Assembly: GCA_048941285.1 (NCBI GenBank)
Contig: JBHLNS010000024.1
Location: 1 to 48,998 of the forward strand
Origin: Promethearchaeota archaeon
GTDB taxonomy: Archaea; Asgardarchaeota; Lokiarchaeia; Sigyniarchaeales; SOKP01
DNA length: 48,998 nucleotides
Direction of reading: 5' to 3'
The translations under genes were made by a program, and so were the position numbers. Of the stretch, positions 38,596 to 48,998 are shown piece by piece (the first letter of the stretch is position 1; each line of letters opens with the position of its first letter). The notes below the pieces were generated by a model. The model was not told the origin of the DNA, did no database searches, and worked only from the letters and a program-made list of their open reading frames with translations.

Positions 38596-39852
38596 TTATT
38601 CAACCTCCAACAATCCATCCCAGAGAGTTCCATGAATCACATCTTTTGGAAGCTCTCCAGTCTCCTCATATTTAACCAATTTAATAATTTGATTTTTTTG
38701 TTGTTCAAGTGTAACTTCCCTTCCCCCTAAACCATTTATAATGGGAAACACTCGTGCTGTTCCTTTTGTTTCATGTAGAGCACCTTTTACTTCACAACTC
38801 ACAGCTCCCCCAGTTTGACAACCAAATGCTGTAGCTCTATCAATTACTCCGAGTAATTTCACTTTTTTAGCTACCTCAACAATATTTTCTGTTGGAAAAG
38901 GTCTAAAATGTCTTAGTTTCACCATTCCAACTTTATAACCCTCTTCTCTTAGATCATCTATTGCTTGTTCCATTTGAAGAGCCAAATCTCCATAAATGAT
39001 TACTCCAACTTTTGCATCATTCATCTTATGTTCTTGAATTAGGCCATTACCGTAATTTCTACCAAATTTTTTCTCAAATTCTTTTGCAACTGTTTTAATT
39101 TTTTCTTTTGCTCTGATTAAAGCATCATGAATTTTTAACCTAAATTCAAAATAAAAACTTGAAGGCATAATAAGATTACCGAACATCATGGGTCTTTTTG
39201 GATCCATCCAAATATGTGGCCATCCTTCTTCACTCGGTAATGGAGGCAAAAATTCATCTACACGGTCTTGATCTTCCAGAATAACCGGTTTTGAAGTATG
39301 TGAAAGGATAAATCCCCCATATGATACAAACTTAGGTAAAAGAATATCATGATCTTCACAAACTTTATACGACATCAGAATTTCGTCGTATATTTCTTGA
39401 TGTTCTGCACAAAAACAACTCATCCATCCCGTATCACGTTGACTTATTACATCAGTGAAATCTGCCCATATATTCCAGGGAGGCGCTGGTCCTCGAGATG
39501 CTATAGCTACAACGATAGGTAATCTCGCTCCAGCGGCCCAATGAATCATTTCATGAGCATAAAATATACCTTGACCTGATGTAGCTGTGAAGGTTCTAGT
39601 TCCTGCCTTACTTGCGCCGATCACTGCTGCAAACACACTATGTTCTGACTCCATCTTTATATATTGCGTACCTGGCATCAATCCATTATCCACAAATTCA
39701 GACAGTTTTTCTACTACGGTAGTTTGTGGTGTTATAGGATAAGCACTAATAACTTGGACTCGAGCCGATTTTGCTGCATAAGCTGCTGCAACATTTCCTT
39801 TTATTATAGTAGTTTCTCTCTTTTGGACAAAATCTTCCTGGCTTTCAGTCAT
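38596..39852 (-). CDS. porA: 2-oxoacid:ferredoxin oxidoreductase alpha subunit
   Basis: AYPITPQT, ESEHS, TATSGQG, GLGGRE. Confidence 0.94.
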   Translation of the reverse strand: MTESQEDFVQKRETTIIKGNVAAAYAAKSARVQVISAYPITPQTTVVEKLSEFVDNGLMPGTQYIKMESEHSVFAAVIGASKAGTRTFTATSGQGIFYAHEMIHWAAGARLPIVVAIASRGPAPPWNIWADFTDVISQRDTGWMSCFCAEHQEIYDEILMSYKVCEDHDILLPKFVSYGGFILSHTSKPVILEDQDRVDEFLPPLPSEEGWPHIWMDPKRPMMFGNLIMPSSFYFEFRLKIHDALIRAKEKIKTVAKEFEKKFGRNYGNGLIQEHKMNDAKVGVIIYGDLALQMEQAIDDLREEGYKVGMVKLRHFRPFPTENIVEVAKKVKLLGVIDRATAFGCQTGGAVSCEVKGALHETKGTARVFPIINGLGGREVTLEQQKNQIIKLVKYEETGELPKDVIHGTLWDGLLEVE

Positions 39853-40192
39853 CTTTTATATCACTCTCTCTTTTCATTTCGATATTTTTTGTAGGGCATT
39901 CTTTTGCACATATGCCACACCCTTTACAATAACGCAAATCAATTTGAAATGTACCATCTTCTTTCTTTTCAATTACTCCCTCTGGGCAATACATCCAGCA
40001 TATTCCGCACTTATTACATCCTTCTTTGATAACTGGTCTAAAAGTTCTCCAATCTCCAGTCATACCCATGTTTCCATCGATAGGTAATGAAATTGGAATT
40101 GGGGATAATTCTTCCCAATTTTTATATTCTTGAACTTTAGGACGTTCTTTTACAGATTTATTAATTTTCTTCCATTTTTTAGATTCTGACAT
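39845..40192 (-). CDS. porD: 2-oxoacid:ferredoxin oxidoreductase delta subunit
   Basis: TGDWR..RP, CNKCGICWMYCPEG, YCKGCGICAKECP. Confidence 0.94.
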   Translation of the reverse strand: MSESKKWKKINKSVKERPKVQEYKNWEELSPIPISLPIDGNMGMTGDWRTFRPVIKEGCNKCGICWMYCPEGVIEKKEDGTFQIDLRYCKGCGICAKECPTKNIEMKRESDIKDD

Positions 40193-40194
40193 AA

Positions 40195-40782
40195 TTACAT
40201 CTCTCTTACAGATTCATAAGCGTCTTTTGCAACGCTCATATTTTTTTCTATCCTGCTTTCACCAAATTCTTTCTTAATTACTTTTTCCATTGTTTCAAGA
40301 TTATAGTACCCTGTAATCTTTCCGAAAGCCCCTAACATAGGAATATTTAGAATTGGTCCACTTGCGTGCATAAAATTTCTCTGAATACAAATTCCTGTAG
40401 CATCTACTATAAAGATCTTTATATTCTTAGGGAGATCACTTGTATCTATTGGATCAGCACTATTAATTATTATCTTTACACCCTCCTTGATAGTGGCTTT
40501 TATAGGTGGTATATCCAGTAATGAAGTGTCAAACATAAGAATATAATCTGGATTTACAACACTATCATATGTTTTAATCACTTTATTTTTAGAAATTTTT
40601 GAAAAAGCTTGTATTGGAGCGCCTCTGCGCTCGGCACCTATTATAGGGATAGCTATTGTGTCTTGGAAGCCTTCTTCGAAAGCCATTTCTGCTAATAATT
40701 GACTTGCTGTAATGCACGTTTGACCACCCCTACAGTGCATAGATATTTCTACAATTTTTTCATTGCTTGTCAACTTAATCAA
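40195..40782 (-). CDS. porG: 2-oxoacid:ferredoxin oxidoreductase gamma subunit
   Basis: RGGQ, GAERRGAP, DATGI, NIPMLGA. Confidence 0.94.
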   Translation of the reverse strand: MIKLTSNEKIVEISMHCRGGQTCITASQLLAEMAFEEGFQDTIAIPIIGAERRGAPIQAFSKISKNKVIKTYDSVVNPDYILMFDTSLLDIPPIKATIKEGVKIIINSADPIDTSDLPKNIKIFIVDATGICIQRNFMHASGPILNIPMLGAFGKITGYYNLETMEKVIKKEFGESRIEKNMSVAKDAYESVREM

Positions 40783-40992
40783 CTAACTCTTCTTATTTTA
40801 TTTGATTGCAATATGAGCAATAAAGGCACAATGAATAAAAGTTCTATTGATTTTACTTATTTAATTGCAATAAGAAACAATAATATAGAATTTATAATAA
40901 TAATTGTTATAACAATAAATGTATTTTCAGAAGACTATTATTTTACATTGATTTCATGAATTAATATATTAATAAATTAAGAAATTAATTAT

Positions 40993-41562
40993 ATGCTAGA
41001 TAAGAAGAGAGATAATAAGAAAATCTATTCTTTTAAATGCCCGTCCTGTCAAGAAGGGATGATTGATATTTCTAGAAATATTTATGATCTCCCCGATGGA
41101 GACAAAATGCTCATTTTAAAATTTGAATGTAATTCCTGTAATTTTCATAAAAATGACATAATTCCTTTAACTACAAATATGAAACCCGGAACAATGACTC
41201 TAAAAATATTAAATGAAGAAGATCTTCAATCTAAAATCTATCGTTCACCGACAGGCAAGCTCGAAATTCCAGAATTAGATTTAATTGTAGAACCCGGTCC
41301 TAGAGCAGATTTTTACTATACGAACGTACAAGGCATCCTGTTCAGATTCGAAAATGCCATTTCAATATATAGAAATAATCTTGAAGAAGATAATTCAGAA
41401 AAAATTGAAATTGATAAACTTTTAAATAATTTGAAACAAGCAATTGAAGGTAAATTTGAATTTACATTAAAAATAACTGATAATCAAGGAGGAAGTTATA
41501 TCATTCCCCAAGATAAATCAAAATACACTTATGAAAAAATTGAGATAAATCAATTTGAATAA
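40993..41562 (+). CDS. zpr1: ZPR1 zinc-finger protein
   Basis: CPSC...CNSC, IPELDL..EPG, TNVQGIL, DNQGGSYI. Confidence 0.9.
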   Translation: MLDKKRDNKKIYSFKCPSCQEGMIDISRNIYDLPDGDKMLILKFECNSCNFHKNDIIPLTTNMKPGTMTLKILNEEDLQSKIYRSPTGKLEIPELDLIVEPGPRADFYYTNVQGILFRFENAISIYRNNLEEDNSEKIEIDKLLNNLKQAIEGKFEFTLKITDNQGGSYIIPQDKSKYTYEKIEINQFE

Positions 41563-41642
41563 ATGTAAAATATAATCTTTTCATAATTCTTTATTATAAA
41601 TTATCTTGATATTATTTAATTAAATTAAATAAGTGAAAAGTA

Positions 41643-42800
41643 ATGGTAAACCTAATAAAAAAAGTAGGTATATTAACTGGAGGGGGCGATTGTCCTGGCT
41701 TGAATTCAGTTATATACGGGATAATGCTTAAAGCTTATGATGCGGGGGTTAGTTGTATTGGTATATTAAAAGGTTGGAAAGGCTTTATGAATAATATAAC
41801 AATACCATTAAATATTGCTGAGCATGACGACTTACACACTGAAGGAGGTACAATTCTTTACACAAGCAGGACAAATCCATTTAAAGGATTCGAATCATCT
41901 AAAGAAAAAAGAGCTAAAGAACTAGCAGAAAAATTTAAAGATTTAGGAATAGACGCTTTAATTGCTATAGGAGGCGATGATACCTTAGGAGTCGCGGATC
42001 TTATGTGTAAATACGCTAATGCTAAAGTTGTAGGATGCCCAAAAACCATCGATAATGACCTAGCGGGGACTCATTATACCTTCGGATTTTGGAGTGCAGT
42101 ACAATTAGCTTCTAATGCAATGGACAATCTCACAACAACTGCTCGGTCGCACCAACGGGTCTTTGTTGTTGAGATAATGGGCAGAGATGCTGGATTTCTT
42201 ACTATGTATAGTGGAATTTCTGCCGGTGCTGATATCATTTTGATTCCAGAAACACCCTTTGATTTTGAGAACGATGTTATTGAGGTTCTTAAAAAGCGAG
42301 TCAATTCGGGTTATAAATATCACATAATAGCAATCTCAGAAGGAGCATATCCAACCGTTAAGTCATTAGAGAAAGACTTTAAAACAATTTCCAAAGAAGC
42401 TATAGATAAATTACCTAAAGATACGTTTGGAAACCCTTTATTGGCTAAATTAGGTATGTCTCAAATAATAGTTGATGAACTAAATTTAAGAGATGATTTA
42501 AAAGAGGAATTTCAAAAAAACGATGTAGAATTTGAATGCAGGAGCGTAGTTCTTGGTCATACAATGCGTGCTGGGCCTCCAAACTCTTTTGACAGAATAC
42601 TTGGATTAAGATTTGGCTTAGCGGCTATGAAATTAGTATTAGAGGGTGAATTTGGAAATATGGTATCATTACAAGGAAATAGAATAAAAACAGTTCCATT
42701 ATCTGAAGGTGTAAAAAAGAAATATATCACACTTGAAAATGATAAAATGGAATTAAGGGATCTTCTCGTAAAAATAAGATATTTGTCTAAACAAAAATAA
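41643..42800 (+). CDS. pfp: 6-phosphofructokinase (PfkA family), likely PPi-dependent
   Basis: TGGGDCPGLN, GGDDT and PKTIDND (the Asp/Lys signature of PPi use), MGRDAG, LGHTMRAG. Confidence 0.88.
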   Translation: MVNLIKKVGILTGGGDCPGLNSVIYGIMLKAYDAGVSCIGILKGWKGFMNNITIPLNIAEHDDLHTEGGTILYTSRTNPFKGFESSKEKRAKELAEKFKDLGIDALIAIGGDDTLGVADLMCKYANAKVVGCPKTIDNDLAGTHYTFGFWSAVQLASNAMDNLTTTARSHQRVFVVEIMGRDAGFLTMYSGISAGADIILIPETPFDFENDVIEVLKKRVNSGYKYHIIAISEGAYPTVKSLEKDFKTISKEAIDKLPKDTFGNPLLAKLGMSQIIVDELNLRDDLKEEFQKNDVEFECRSVVLGHTMRAGPPNSFDRILGLRFGLAAMKLVLEGEFGNMVSLQGNRIKTVPLSEGVKKKYITLENDKMELRDLLVKIRYLSKQK

Positions 42801-42837
42801 TTATACAAATTTAATTTATACTTTATCAGGATCGGAA

Positions 42838-43087
42838 ATAACTGAAATATTCTTTGTTAAAATAAAAGAAAGGGAAACACATTCAGAAGGGCCAGAATAT
42901 TTAATTGAACCTATAGATGATTATAAAAAAAGACAGTCAGTAGTTATAATTAGGAAAAAGTTCATATATGGGAAAAACCCCCCAAGTCACATAAATTCTT
43001 AGATAAAAAAGTGTCAATAAGAGGAGATATTATTGAGACAAAACATACCATTCCTATTGACTATTTTAAGCTGAAGCAATTAGAATA
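42838..43087 (+). pseudogene. Frameshifted small hypothetical gene
   Basis: ITEIFFVKIKERETHSEGPEYLIEP...RKK, then in another frame VHIWEK...FLDKKVSIRGDIIETK...LE*. No ATG start. Confidence 0.45.
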
Positions 43088-43182
43088 ACTAATTTTCATT
43101 TTAATTGATAAGAAGAGAAAGTGTGGGCTTTAAATCTTTTAATTAAAAAATACTATAAACCATTTTATTAGGTATAAGAATT

Positions 43183-44412
43183 ATGCAATTAAAAAATAAA
43201 TCAGTTCTACTATTATTCATTTTAGGAATTGGGTTATTTTCAGGATTTATAACTATTGCTAATGCATGTGAAACTAATGATTTCGAAAGTAATTATGCTG
43301 AGTGGAGATTTTCTAATGATCAACCCTATTTGTATGTAGAAGCAGATAATTATTATACTCTTGGAATTTTAGAAGGAAAATACTTAGCATTTCAAATTGC
43401 TTGGATGAAACTCATGATTATGCTTCAAGCTCAGGAAATTGGACTTTCTTATGATATTGCGTCATATTATACAACAGATTATCTTGAATATATACCTCAA
43501 GAATACTTAGTTGAAATGCAAGGAATAGCAGATGCAATTGATATTGTATCGATTCTATTTATGGGGGAAATTTATGAAATATCAATTGATTTTATGGATG
43601 TATTAATTCAAAACTGTTTTTGGGATATCTATTATGGCAAAATTATCCCTATGCTTACAGGGTATCCACAATCACCGTTAATAGCGGGAGGTTGCACTGC
43701 AATTGGATCTCATACTAACAAGAGAACTATTTTTGGACAAACTGTTGATCTTACTCTCTCGATGAAGCCAACGGTATCATGGGTTTATGTAAAAATAAAT
43801 AATAAAAAATTTTTCTCATTTAGAATGGGTAGTATGCTGGCTATGGGAGGAATTAATAAATGGGGGCTTTCAATTTCAGTAAATTTACTTGAAGTTTTTA
43901 ATTATGGATGTTCAGGGATGCCATTATCAGTTGTTTATAGATATATATTGGAAAACACAAGATTTATTAACCAAGCAAGGGATAACATTATTTCTAATGA
44001 TTTTACTTTAGGATGGAATTATATTATAAGAAACAGGCGATCGATAATAGCAATCGAAACTATTCCTAATTCATACTCATTTGAAAGGATTAAAAGAGGT
44101 TCCTACACATTTGATGCAAATATTTATGAAAATGCATTATTCAAGATGTTTATGATTTACCCTACAAAATATTTAGAACGTTATAACACAGTTTCTGAAT
44201 TATGCATTAATTATAGCCAAGATGGAAATTTAGTTCTTAAAGACTTATTCAATATATATTCAGATACAAAAATTTCAAGAAGATTCACAACAGGAGACCC
44301 TACTGAAGTAGGAACAGTTGGTACTTTTTTTGTTGATCATAAAAATAATATTTACTTTTGTTTAGGAAATCTATTGGATTCTAACTTAGGAATAATAACT
44401 TCATTTAAATAA
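43183..44412 (+). CDS. Secreted C45-family (Ntn-hydrolase) peptidase/acyltransferase
   Basis: Signal-peptide-like N-terminus, EMQGIADA, GG|CTAIG autocleavage Cys, GQTVD, GINKWGLSISVN. Confidence 0.8.
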   Translation: MQLKNKSVLLLFILGIGLFSGFITIANACETNDFESNYAEWRFSNDQPYLYVEADNYYTLGILEGKYLAFQIAWMKLMIMLQAQEIGLSYDIASYYTTDYLEYIPQEYLVEMQGIADAIDIVSILFMGEIYEISIDFMDVLIQNCFWDIYYGKIIPMLTGYPQSPLIAGGCTAIGSHTNKRTIFGQTVDLTLSMKPTVSWVYVKINNKKFFSFRMGSMLAMGGINKWGLSISVNLLEVFNYGCSGMPLSVVYRYILENTRFINQARDNIISNDFTLGWNYIIRNRRSIIAIETIPNSYSFERIKRGSYTFDANIYENALFKMFMIYPTKYLERYNTVSELCINYSQDGNLVLKDLFNIYSDTKISRRFTTGDPTEVGTVGTFFVDHKNNIYFCLGNLLDSNLGIITSFK

Positions 44413-44467
44413 AAAAAAATATCCTGAAAAAAACCTTTCAAAATTTTTTTTTGTTATTCATCTTTTT

Positions 44468-45712
44468 TTATCCGTAGTGTTTTTCTTCCTCTGCATCATT
44501 ATCAATTGCATCTTTCTCGATATCTCGACCATGCCATTTCTCACCTAAAATCTCTTTATAAAATTCATGCTGAATTATTAGATTCATTATTTCTGTTGTT
44601 CCAGTCCAAATTTCACCTATTCTCGCGTCTCGTAACAATCTTTCAATTGGATAGACAGTCGTATATCCTATTCCTCCCATAATTTGCATTGCATTATTTA
44701 TTACTTTCCAGCAAGCTTTAGTTGAAAATTTTTTTGATTCAGATACCAATCTTCTTTGAAGTGCGGGGGGTGCTCCAGCATCAATACTTTTCGCTGTATT
44801 ATAAACAATGGCTCGTGCGGCATCTAATAATGTTATACTATCTGCAATTAAAAAACTAACTCCTTGAAAATTTCTTATAGTCTGTCCAAATGCCTTTCTT
44901 TTTGAACTATATTTTGTAGCAATTCTTAAACAAGCACGAGCAAGACCTATGAACCCTGATGCGGTTGTTAATCGTTCTGGAACCATCATTTGATAAAAAA
45001 TTTTTCCACCAGCGCCTTCCTCTAAAATTATATTTTCTTTTGGTATTTTAACATTATTAAATTTTATTCTACCTGCACCACCACCTCTAGTTCCAAGTAT
45101 ACCATAAATATATTCAGTATTAACACCTTCAGTTCTATCCACTATACATAAACTCAAAGATTTATGGGGATCCGCTTTTGGATCTAAATTTGTTTTTGCA
45201 TAAACTAAAAAGAAATCAGCACCTTCAGCACCTACAACAAATCGTTTCTCTCCATTCAAGAGATAGTTATCACCTTCTTTAACAGCAGTACAAGTTGCTC
45301 CAAAGAAATCTGAACCCCCTCTTGGTTCGGTTAATGCCTCAGCAGCAAACTTTTTTCCTTCACACATAGGTTTAAGGTATTTTTGTTTTTGTTCTTCTGT
45401 ACCAAAAAGATTTAATGCTTCACCGCATATACTGGGCAACGAGAATAAACAAGCAAGTGAACTTCCTAATACTCCTATTTCTTCTTGAGCTATAATTTCA
45501 CTTTCCCAATTCATTCCTCGTCCACCGTATTCTTTTGGAAACCTTATACCTATTAAATTTTGTTGAGCCAATGCATGTAACCATTCGGCAGGATATTGAA
45601 TCTCATCTTTATCTAATTTTTTTAATAAAGAAGGTGCAACTGCACTTTTTACAAATGTTCGAACCTCCTCCTTAAACTTTTTGTTCTCCTCATTTAATAA
45701 ATAATCATACAT
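44468..45712 (-). CDS. Acyl-CoA dehydrogenase
   Basis: [50 protein letters not shown]. Confidence 0.95.
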   Translation of the reverse strand: MYDYLLNEENKKFKEEVRTFVKSAVAPSLLKKLDKDEIQYPAEWLHALAQQNLIGIRFPKEYGGRGMNWESEIIAQEEIGVLGSSLACLFSLPSICGEALNLFGTEEQKQKYLKPMCEGKKFAAEALTEPRGGSDFFGATCTAVKEGDNYLLNGEKRFVVGAEGADFFLVYAKTNLDPKADPHKSLSLCIVDRTEGVNTEYIYGILGTRGGGAGRIKFNNVKIPKENIILEEGAGGKIFYQMMVPERLTTASGFIGLARACLRIATKYSSKRKAFGQTIRNFQGVSFLIADSITLLDAARAIVYNTAKSIDAGAPPALQRRLVSESKKFSTKACWKVINNAMQIMGGIGYTTVYPIERLLRDARIGEIWTGTTEIMNLIIQHEFYKEILGEKWHGRDIEKDAIDNDAEEEKHYG

Positions 45713-45954
45713 TTTGAAAACTCACTTAATAATTCTTCTTGTGTTTAAGTAATAATAGATTCAATAAAAATTGTGATTCATTTTAAATCTAATTCATCTA
45801 CTTTTAAAACTAAATTCATAGTTCCATTGAAGTTCAACATTAAAAACTATAAATATGCGAATTTATTTATCTTAAACGTTGTATAGCAATTTTATGGTCT
45901 TTTTGAAATCAACACTCTCTATATTAATATCTTAAACTTTGTAATTAATGTCTT

Positions 45955-47223
45955 ATGTTTGCTAAAATTAAAAATTTATCTAAGGAATATCCCAACGCAT
46001 TTAAAGTACTAACTTTAGCTACATTTATTGATATGTTGGGAAGCTTCTTATTATTTCCATTTTATTCACTGTATATCACTTCACGTTTTGGAGTTACAAT
46101 GATAGAAGTGGGATACTTACTAACAATCAATTCCGTAGGAAATATAATTGGTGGTGTGCTTGGCGGAGCTTTAGCTGACAAATATGGCCGTCGTGCAATG
46201 ATTCTTCTTGGCTTAATTGTAAGTGGGATAGGAAATATTATGCTAGGTTTAGTAAATGATTTATATGTTTTTTATATACTTGCGGGCACTCTAGGTTTAA
46301 TTGGCAGTTTTGGAGGTCCTGCACGGCAAGCAATGGTAGCGGATTTACTTCCAAAAGAAAAACAGGCAGAAGGATTTGGAATCCTACGAGTTGCATTTAA
46401 TCTTTCAGCCGTGATAGGTCCTCTTCTTGGTGGATTTTTAGCAACTAGATCTTTTATGTTATTGTTTATTTTGGATGCTGTGAGCAGTTTAGTTACTGCT
46501 GGTATTGTATATTATGTTATTCCGGAGACTAAACCTAAATTGAAAGAAGGTAAATCAGAAGAGACAGTTATGAAGACTCTTATTGGATATAAAGATGTTT
46601 TAAAAGATTGGAAATATATATTATTTCTTTCCGTATCGGCGATAACAGTTTTAGTATATATGCAAATGAACAGTACTCTGGCCGTATTCTTACGGGATTT
46701 TCATGGGTTTCCCGAATCAGGTTTCGGATTATTGTTAAGTATGAATGCTGCAATGGTAGTATTTTTTCAATTTTGGATAACTAGAAGGATTTCAAAATAT
46801 TCTCCGATGAAGATTATGGCTTTTGGAACTATTTTCCTCATGGTTGGTTTTGGAATGTATGGTTTTGTTAGTGAAGTATACTTATTTTTCATTGCTATGG
46901 CTATAATTACAGTTGGAGAAATGATTGTTTATCCTACTGGACAAAGTTCTGCTGCATCTTTTGCTACTGAAGATAAACGTGGGCGTTATATGGCAGTGTA
47001 TGGTTTTCAATGGATGATCCCGAATACATTTGGAGCGTTAGGAGCTGGATTAATTATGGTGCATATTGGGCCAAATTGGGTATGGTATCTAGCTGGAATT
47101 CTCTCTTTAATATCAACAATTGGATTTTGGTTGCTCCATGGAATTACCAAGGGTTTGTTTTTAGAAAAAGAAGTACCAATTGAGGAAGAATTACTTGAAT
47201 ATAGTGTTTCTTCAATTGAATGA
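45955..47223 (+). CDS. MFS transporter (drug:H+ antiporter-like)
   Basis: GALADKYGRR motif A, about 12 TM helices, GPLLGG. Confidence 0.92.
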   Translation: MFAKIKNLSKEYPNAFKVLTLATFIDMLGSFLLFPFYSLYITSRFGVTMIEVGYLLTINSVGNIIGGVLGGALADKYGRRAMILLGLIVSGIGNIMLGLVNDLYVFYILAGTLGLIGSFGGPARQAMVADLLPKEKQAEGFGILRVAFNLSAVIGPLLGGFLATRSFMLLFILDAVSSLVTAGIVYYVIPETKPKLKEGKSEETVMKTLIGYKDVLKDWKYILFLSVSAITVLVYMQMNSTLAVFLRDFHGFPESGFGLLLSMNAAMVVFFQFWITRRISKYSPMKIMAFGTIFLMVGFGMYGFVSEVYLFFIAMAIITVGEMIVYPTGQSSAASFATEDKRGRYMAVYGFQWMIPNTFGALGAGLIMVHIGPNWVWYLAGILSLISTIGFWLLHGITKGLFLEKEVPIEEELLEYSVSSIE

Positions 47224-47296
47224 GAGATTCTCTTTTTTTCTATATTTGATAATTAAAAATTTAATTAAAGATTAAGATCAAAAATTCCTTTTGAAC

Positions 47297-47325
47297 ATCG
47301 TGAAACACCTCTTTCACGATTTTTT
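47297..47325 (+). terminator. 9-bp perfect hairpin followed by a T-run, between convergent genes
   Basis: ATCGTGAAA-cacctc-TTTCACGAT-TTTTT. Confidence 0.4.
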
Positions 47326-47372
47326 ATATGTATTATTATATTACAATATAATAAAAAAATAAAAAAAATAAG

Positions 47373-47675
47373 TTAGATTTCAAATATTTCTCTTGCTTTT
47401 TCATCAATTATTTCATTTTTAACTAAGTCCCATATCTCCGCATAATAAAATTCATTGTCATTTTTCACGATTATAGGAACTCCTTCAACACATGCACTCA
47501 TATCGCAATAAAGTGCATTAAAAGTCGGATTTTTCATGATTGGATCGTCAAAATCTTTAGGATCTTGGTAATCTAAAATTATGTAATCAACATCTTTATC
47601 ATCAAGCCATTGTTTAAGCTTATTGCAGAAAAAACAATCTTTTTTAGTAATTATCTTATAATTTGCCATAAACAA
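47373..47675 (-). CDS. Glutaredoxin-like protein
   Basis: TKKDCFFCNKLK (CxxC) and GVPII cis-Pro motif. Confidence 0.8.
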   Translation of the reverse strand: MFMANYKIITKKDCFFCNKLKQWLDDKDVDYIILDYQDPKDFDDPIMKNPTFNALYCDMSACVEGVPIIVKNDNEFYYAEIWDLVKNEIIDEKAREIFEI

Positions 47676-47751
47676 ATTTGTTTTTAGAGATTTTTAAATA
47701 TTTTTTCTATAAAATATGTGTATTAAATAGCATTTTATAAATCAGCGAAGT

Positions 47752-48882
47752 CTAAGGTTCAATTTCAAATATAACTTTAAGATATTCATATTTTAAATTA
47801 AGTAATTTCAAAACTCTATTAGCAAATTTCCTCAAATTTTTTGCCTGAATTTGCTTTTCCTCTATTTGTTTAATTAAAAATTCATGTATCATATTTCTCG
47901 TATCATTAGATCCATTTTTTTTAAGATAATTCATCCAATGAATCGAAATTTTACATATTTTTTCTATAATCTCATCGGGATACTCATTTACATTAAGAAT
48001 TCTTTTATGATATTTACCAATAGCATTGCTAACTCTTTCCAAATAATCAGCAGTACCTAATGAATATCTACATAAACTAATTAGATTCGAAGTAATTCTA
48101 GAGTTCCTTGTATTAGTTGCCGCTTCAAATGACTCCCAAGTATCTTTCACAAGGTCCTTATTATGTAAGGCTACATTCATTAAATCACTAAGATCAACAT
48201 CATGACCACGTTTCAATTTTTTATTAAAAATCTCTTTAAGCTTGGTTCCTTCAAGATAACTTCCTGCACCAAAATCAAGTAATTGATTTAAATTATTTGC
48301 CGCACAAAGTGCTTCATGCCTTACCTCTCCTGTATCCGGATTAGTCCATTGAACTGATTTCTCGTATTCCCCCGTTTCTTTATTCTTTATCCACCCCGTT
48401 TCTCTTAAAACATGTTCTAATAGATGTACTTTGAAAACCCAGAAATCTAAATCATCTGTAAAACGTTTCCTCCTCCAATCTCTTGAAGTATATTTCCCTA
48501 AATATAATTTTATAGTCCCTCGAATTAGAGAAAATTTACCATCTCGAAGTGCTTCACATGCATCATTGTAATAGGTATGTTTAGGATCTTTTGATATTTC
48601 TACAATTTTATTAAGGATTTTCCTTGCCTCTCCTGCAACAATATCGCAGGGAATCTGGCCATCAGAGGGATATGCTCGCGATCCTCCATCTAAATATTTT
48701 TTGAATAATTCAAAATCATCATCGGGTATTTTATACCAGGGATTATTAAACATAATCTTAGTGAATACATAATGAGAAAAACCATTTTCATCTATTTTGC
48801 TTTTTTCTGGCAAAGGAGAGATATCTCTAAGATTATCTCCTTTTTGAATCGCATCAGCTTTAGTATCCCAAATTGAGGTCAT
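47752..48882 (-). CDS. Hypothetical protein with a Pol-beta/AbiEii-like nucleotidyltransferase signature
   Basis: IRGTIKLY...RFTDDLDF and KKLKRGHDVDLSDL resemble the GG.A..RxTxDxDF and KL...KDxxD motifs. Confidence 0.5.
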   Translation of the reverse strand: MTSIWDTKADAIQKGDNLRDISPLPEKSKIDENGFSHYVFTKIMFNNPWYKIPDDDFELFKKYLDGGSRAYPSDGQIPCDIVAGEARKILNKIVEISKDPKHTYYNDACEALRDGKFSLIRGTIKLYLGKYTSRDWRRKRFTDDLDFWVFKVHLLEHVLRETGWIKNKETGEYEKSVQWTNPDTGEVRHEALCAANNLNQLLDFGAGSYLEGTKLKEIFNKKLKRGHDVDLSDLMNVALHNKDLVKDTWESFEAATNTRNSRITSNLISLCRYSLGTADYLERVSNAIGKYHKRILNVNEYPDEIIEKICKISIHWMNYLKKNGSNDTRNMIHEFLIKQIEEKQIQAKNLRKFANRVLKLLNLKYEYLKVIFEIEP

Positions 48883-48998
48883 ACGAGATTATATATTGAA
48901 AGCAACTTTTAAAAATTATTAATTTAAAATATAAAAATAGTATTTAAACATAAATTCTATTGATATTATATGAGAAATTTTTTCAAAATCTATACTTT

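Noticed and set aside
38592-38633. N-terminal extension of PorB given in the ORF track
   Set aside because: It overlaps the end of porA. The ATG at 38591 lies just after the porA stop.
1404-42808. Numerous 60-135 aa antisense or overlapping ORFs (for example 1404, 9370, 12336, 14694, 25070, 38323, 42557)
   Set aside because: They are shadow frames of well-supported genes and carry no recognisable motifs.
47373-47675. Selenoprotein or SECIS candidate at the glutaredoxin-like gene and nearby hairpin
   Set aside because: The CxxC uses Cys codons with no in-frame TGA, and the hairpin is too short for a SECIS.
1-48998. CRISPR array, rRNA, transposase or integrase
   Set aside because: I saw no regularly spaced repeats, no long GC-rich RNA gene and no recombinase motifs.

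Overview
AT-rich archaeal chromosomal segment, most consistent with an Asgard archaeon of the Lokiarchaeia. That assignment is inferred from profilin-like, Rab-like GTPase and MPN genes sitting among core archaeal genes. The housekeeping backbone is elp3, gatE-gatD, rpl2, a TFB, the proteasome-exosome superoperon (psmA, SBDS, rrp4/41/42, rpl37ae, pcc1, pfdB, DHH), an ECF transporter module, cgi121/THUMP/sua5, porGDAB, ZPR1, a PPi-type PFK, an acyl-CoA dehydrogenase and an MFS transporter, plus four tRNAs. The most unusual items are: (1) an ORF missing from the supplied track (<1-725, minus strand) that fuses a single TATA-binding-protein repeat to a Rab-like GTPase with a degenerate G3 motif; (2) a tRNA-Val(TAC) gene split by three 30-nt BHB introns, whose 5' end is duplicated 1.3 kb upstream around a decayed islet carrying a Rab-like GTPase; (3) tandem RHH-HisKA(DHp)-receiver proteins with no kinase domain, divergent from a TFB with an atypical B-reader; (4) a second tandem pair of RHH-like regulators upstream of an orphan glycyl radical enzyme with a GCVG loop; (5) an MPN protein with an altered JAMM site; (6) a rifampin-phosphotransferase-like two-gene cassette inside the superoperon. 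All calls come from reading motifs by eye; no searches were run.
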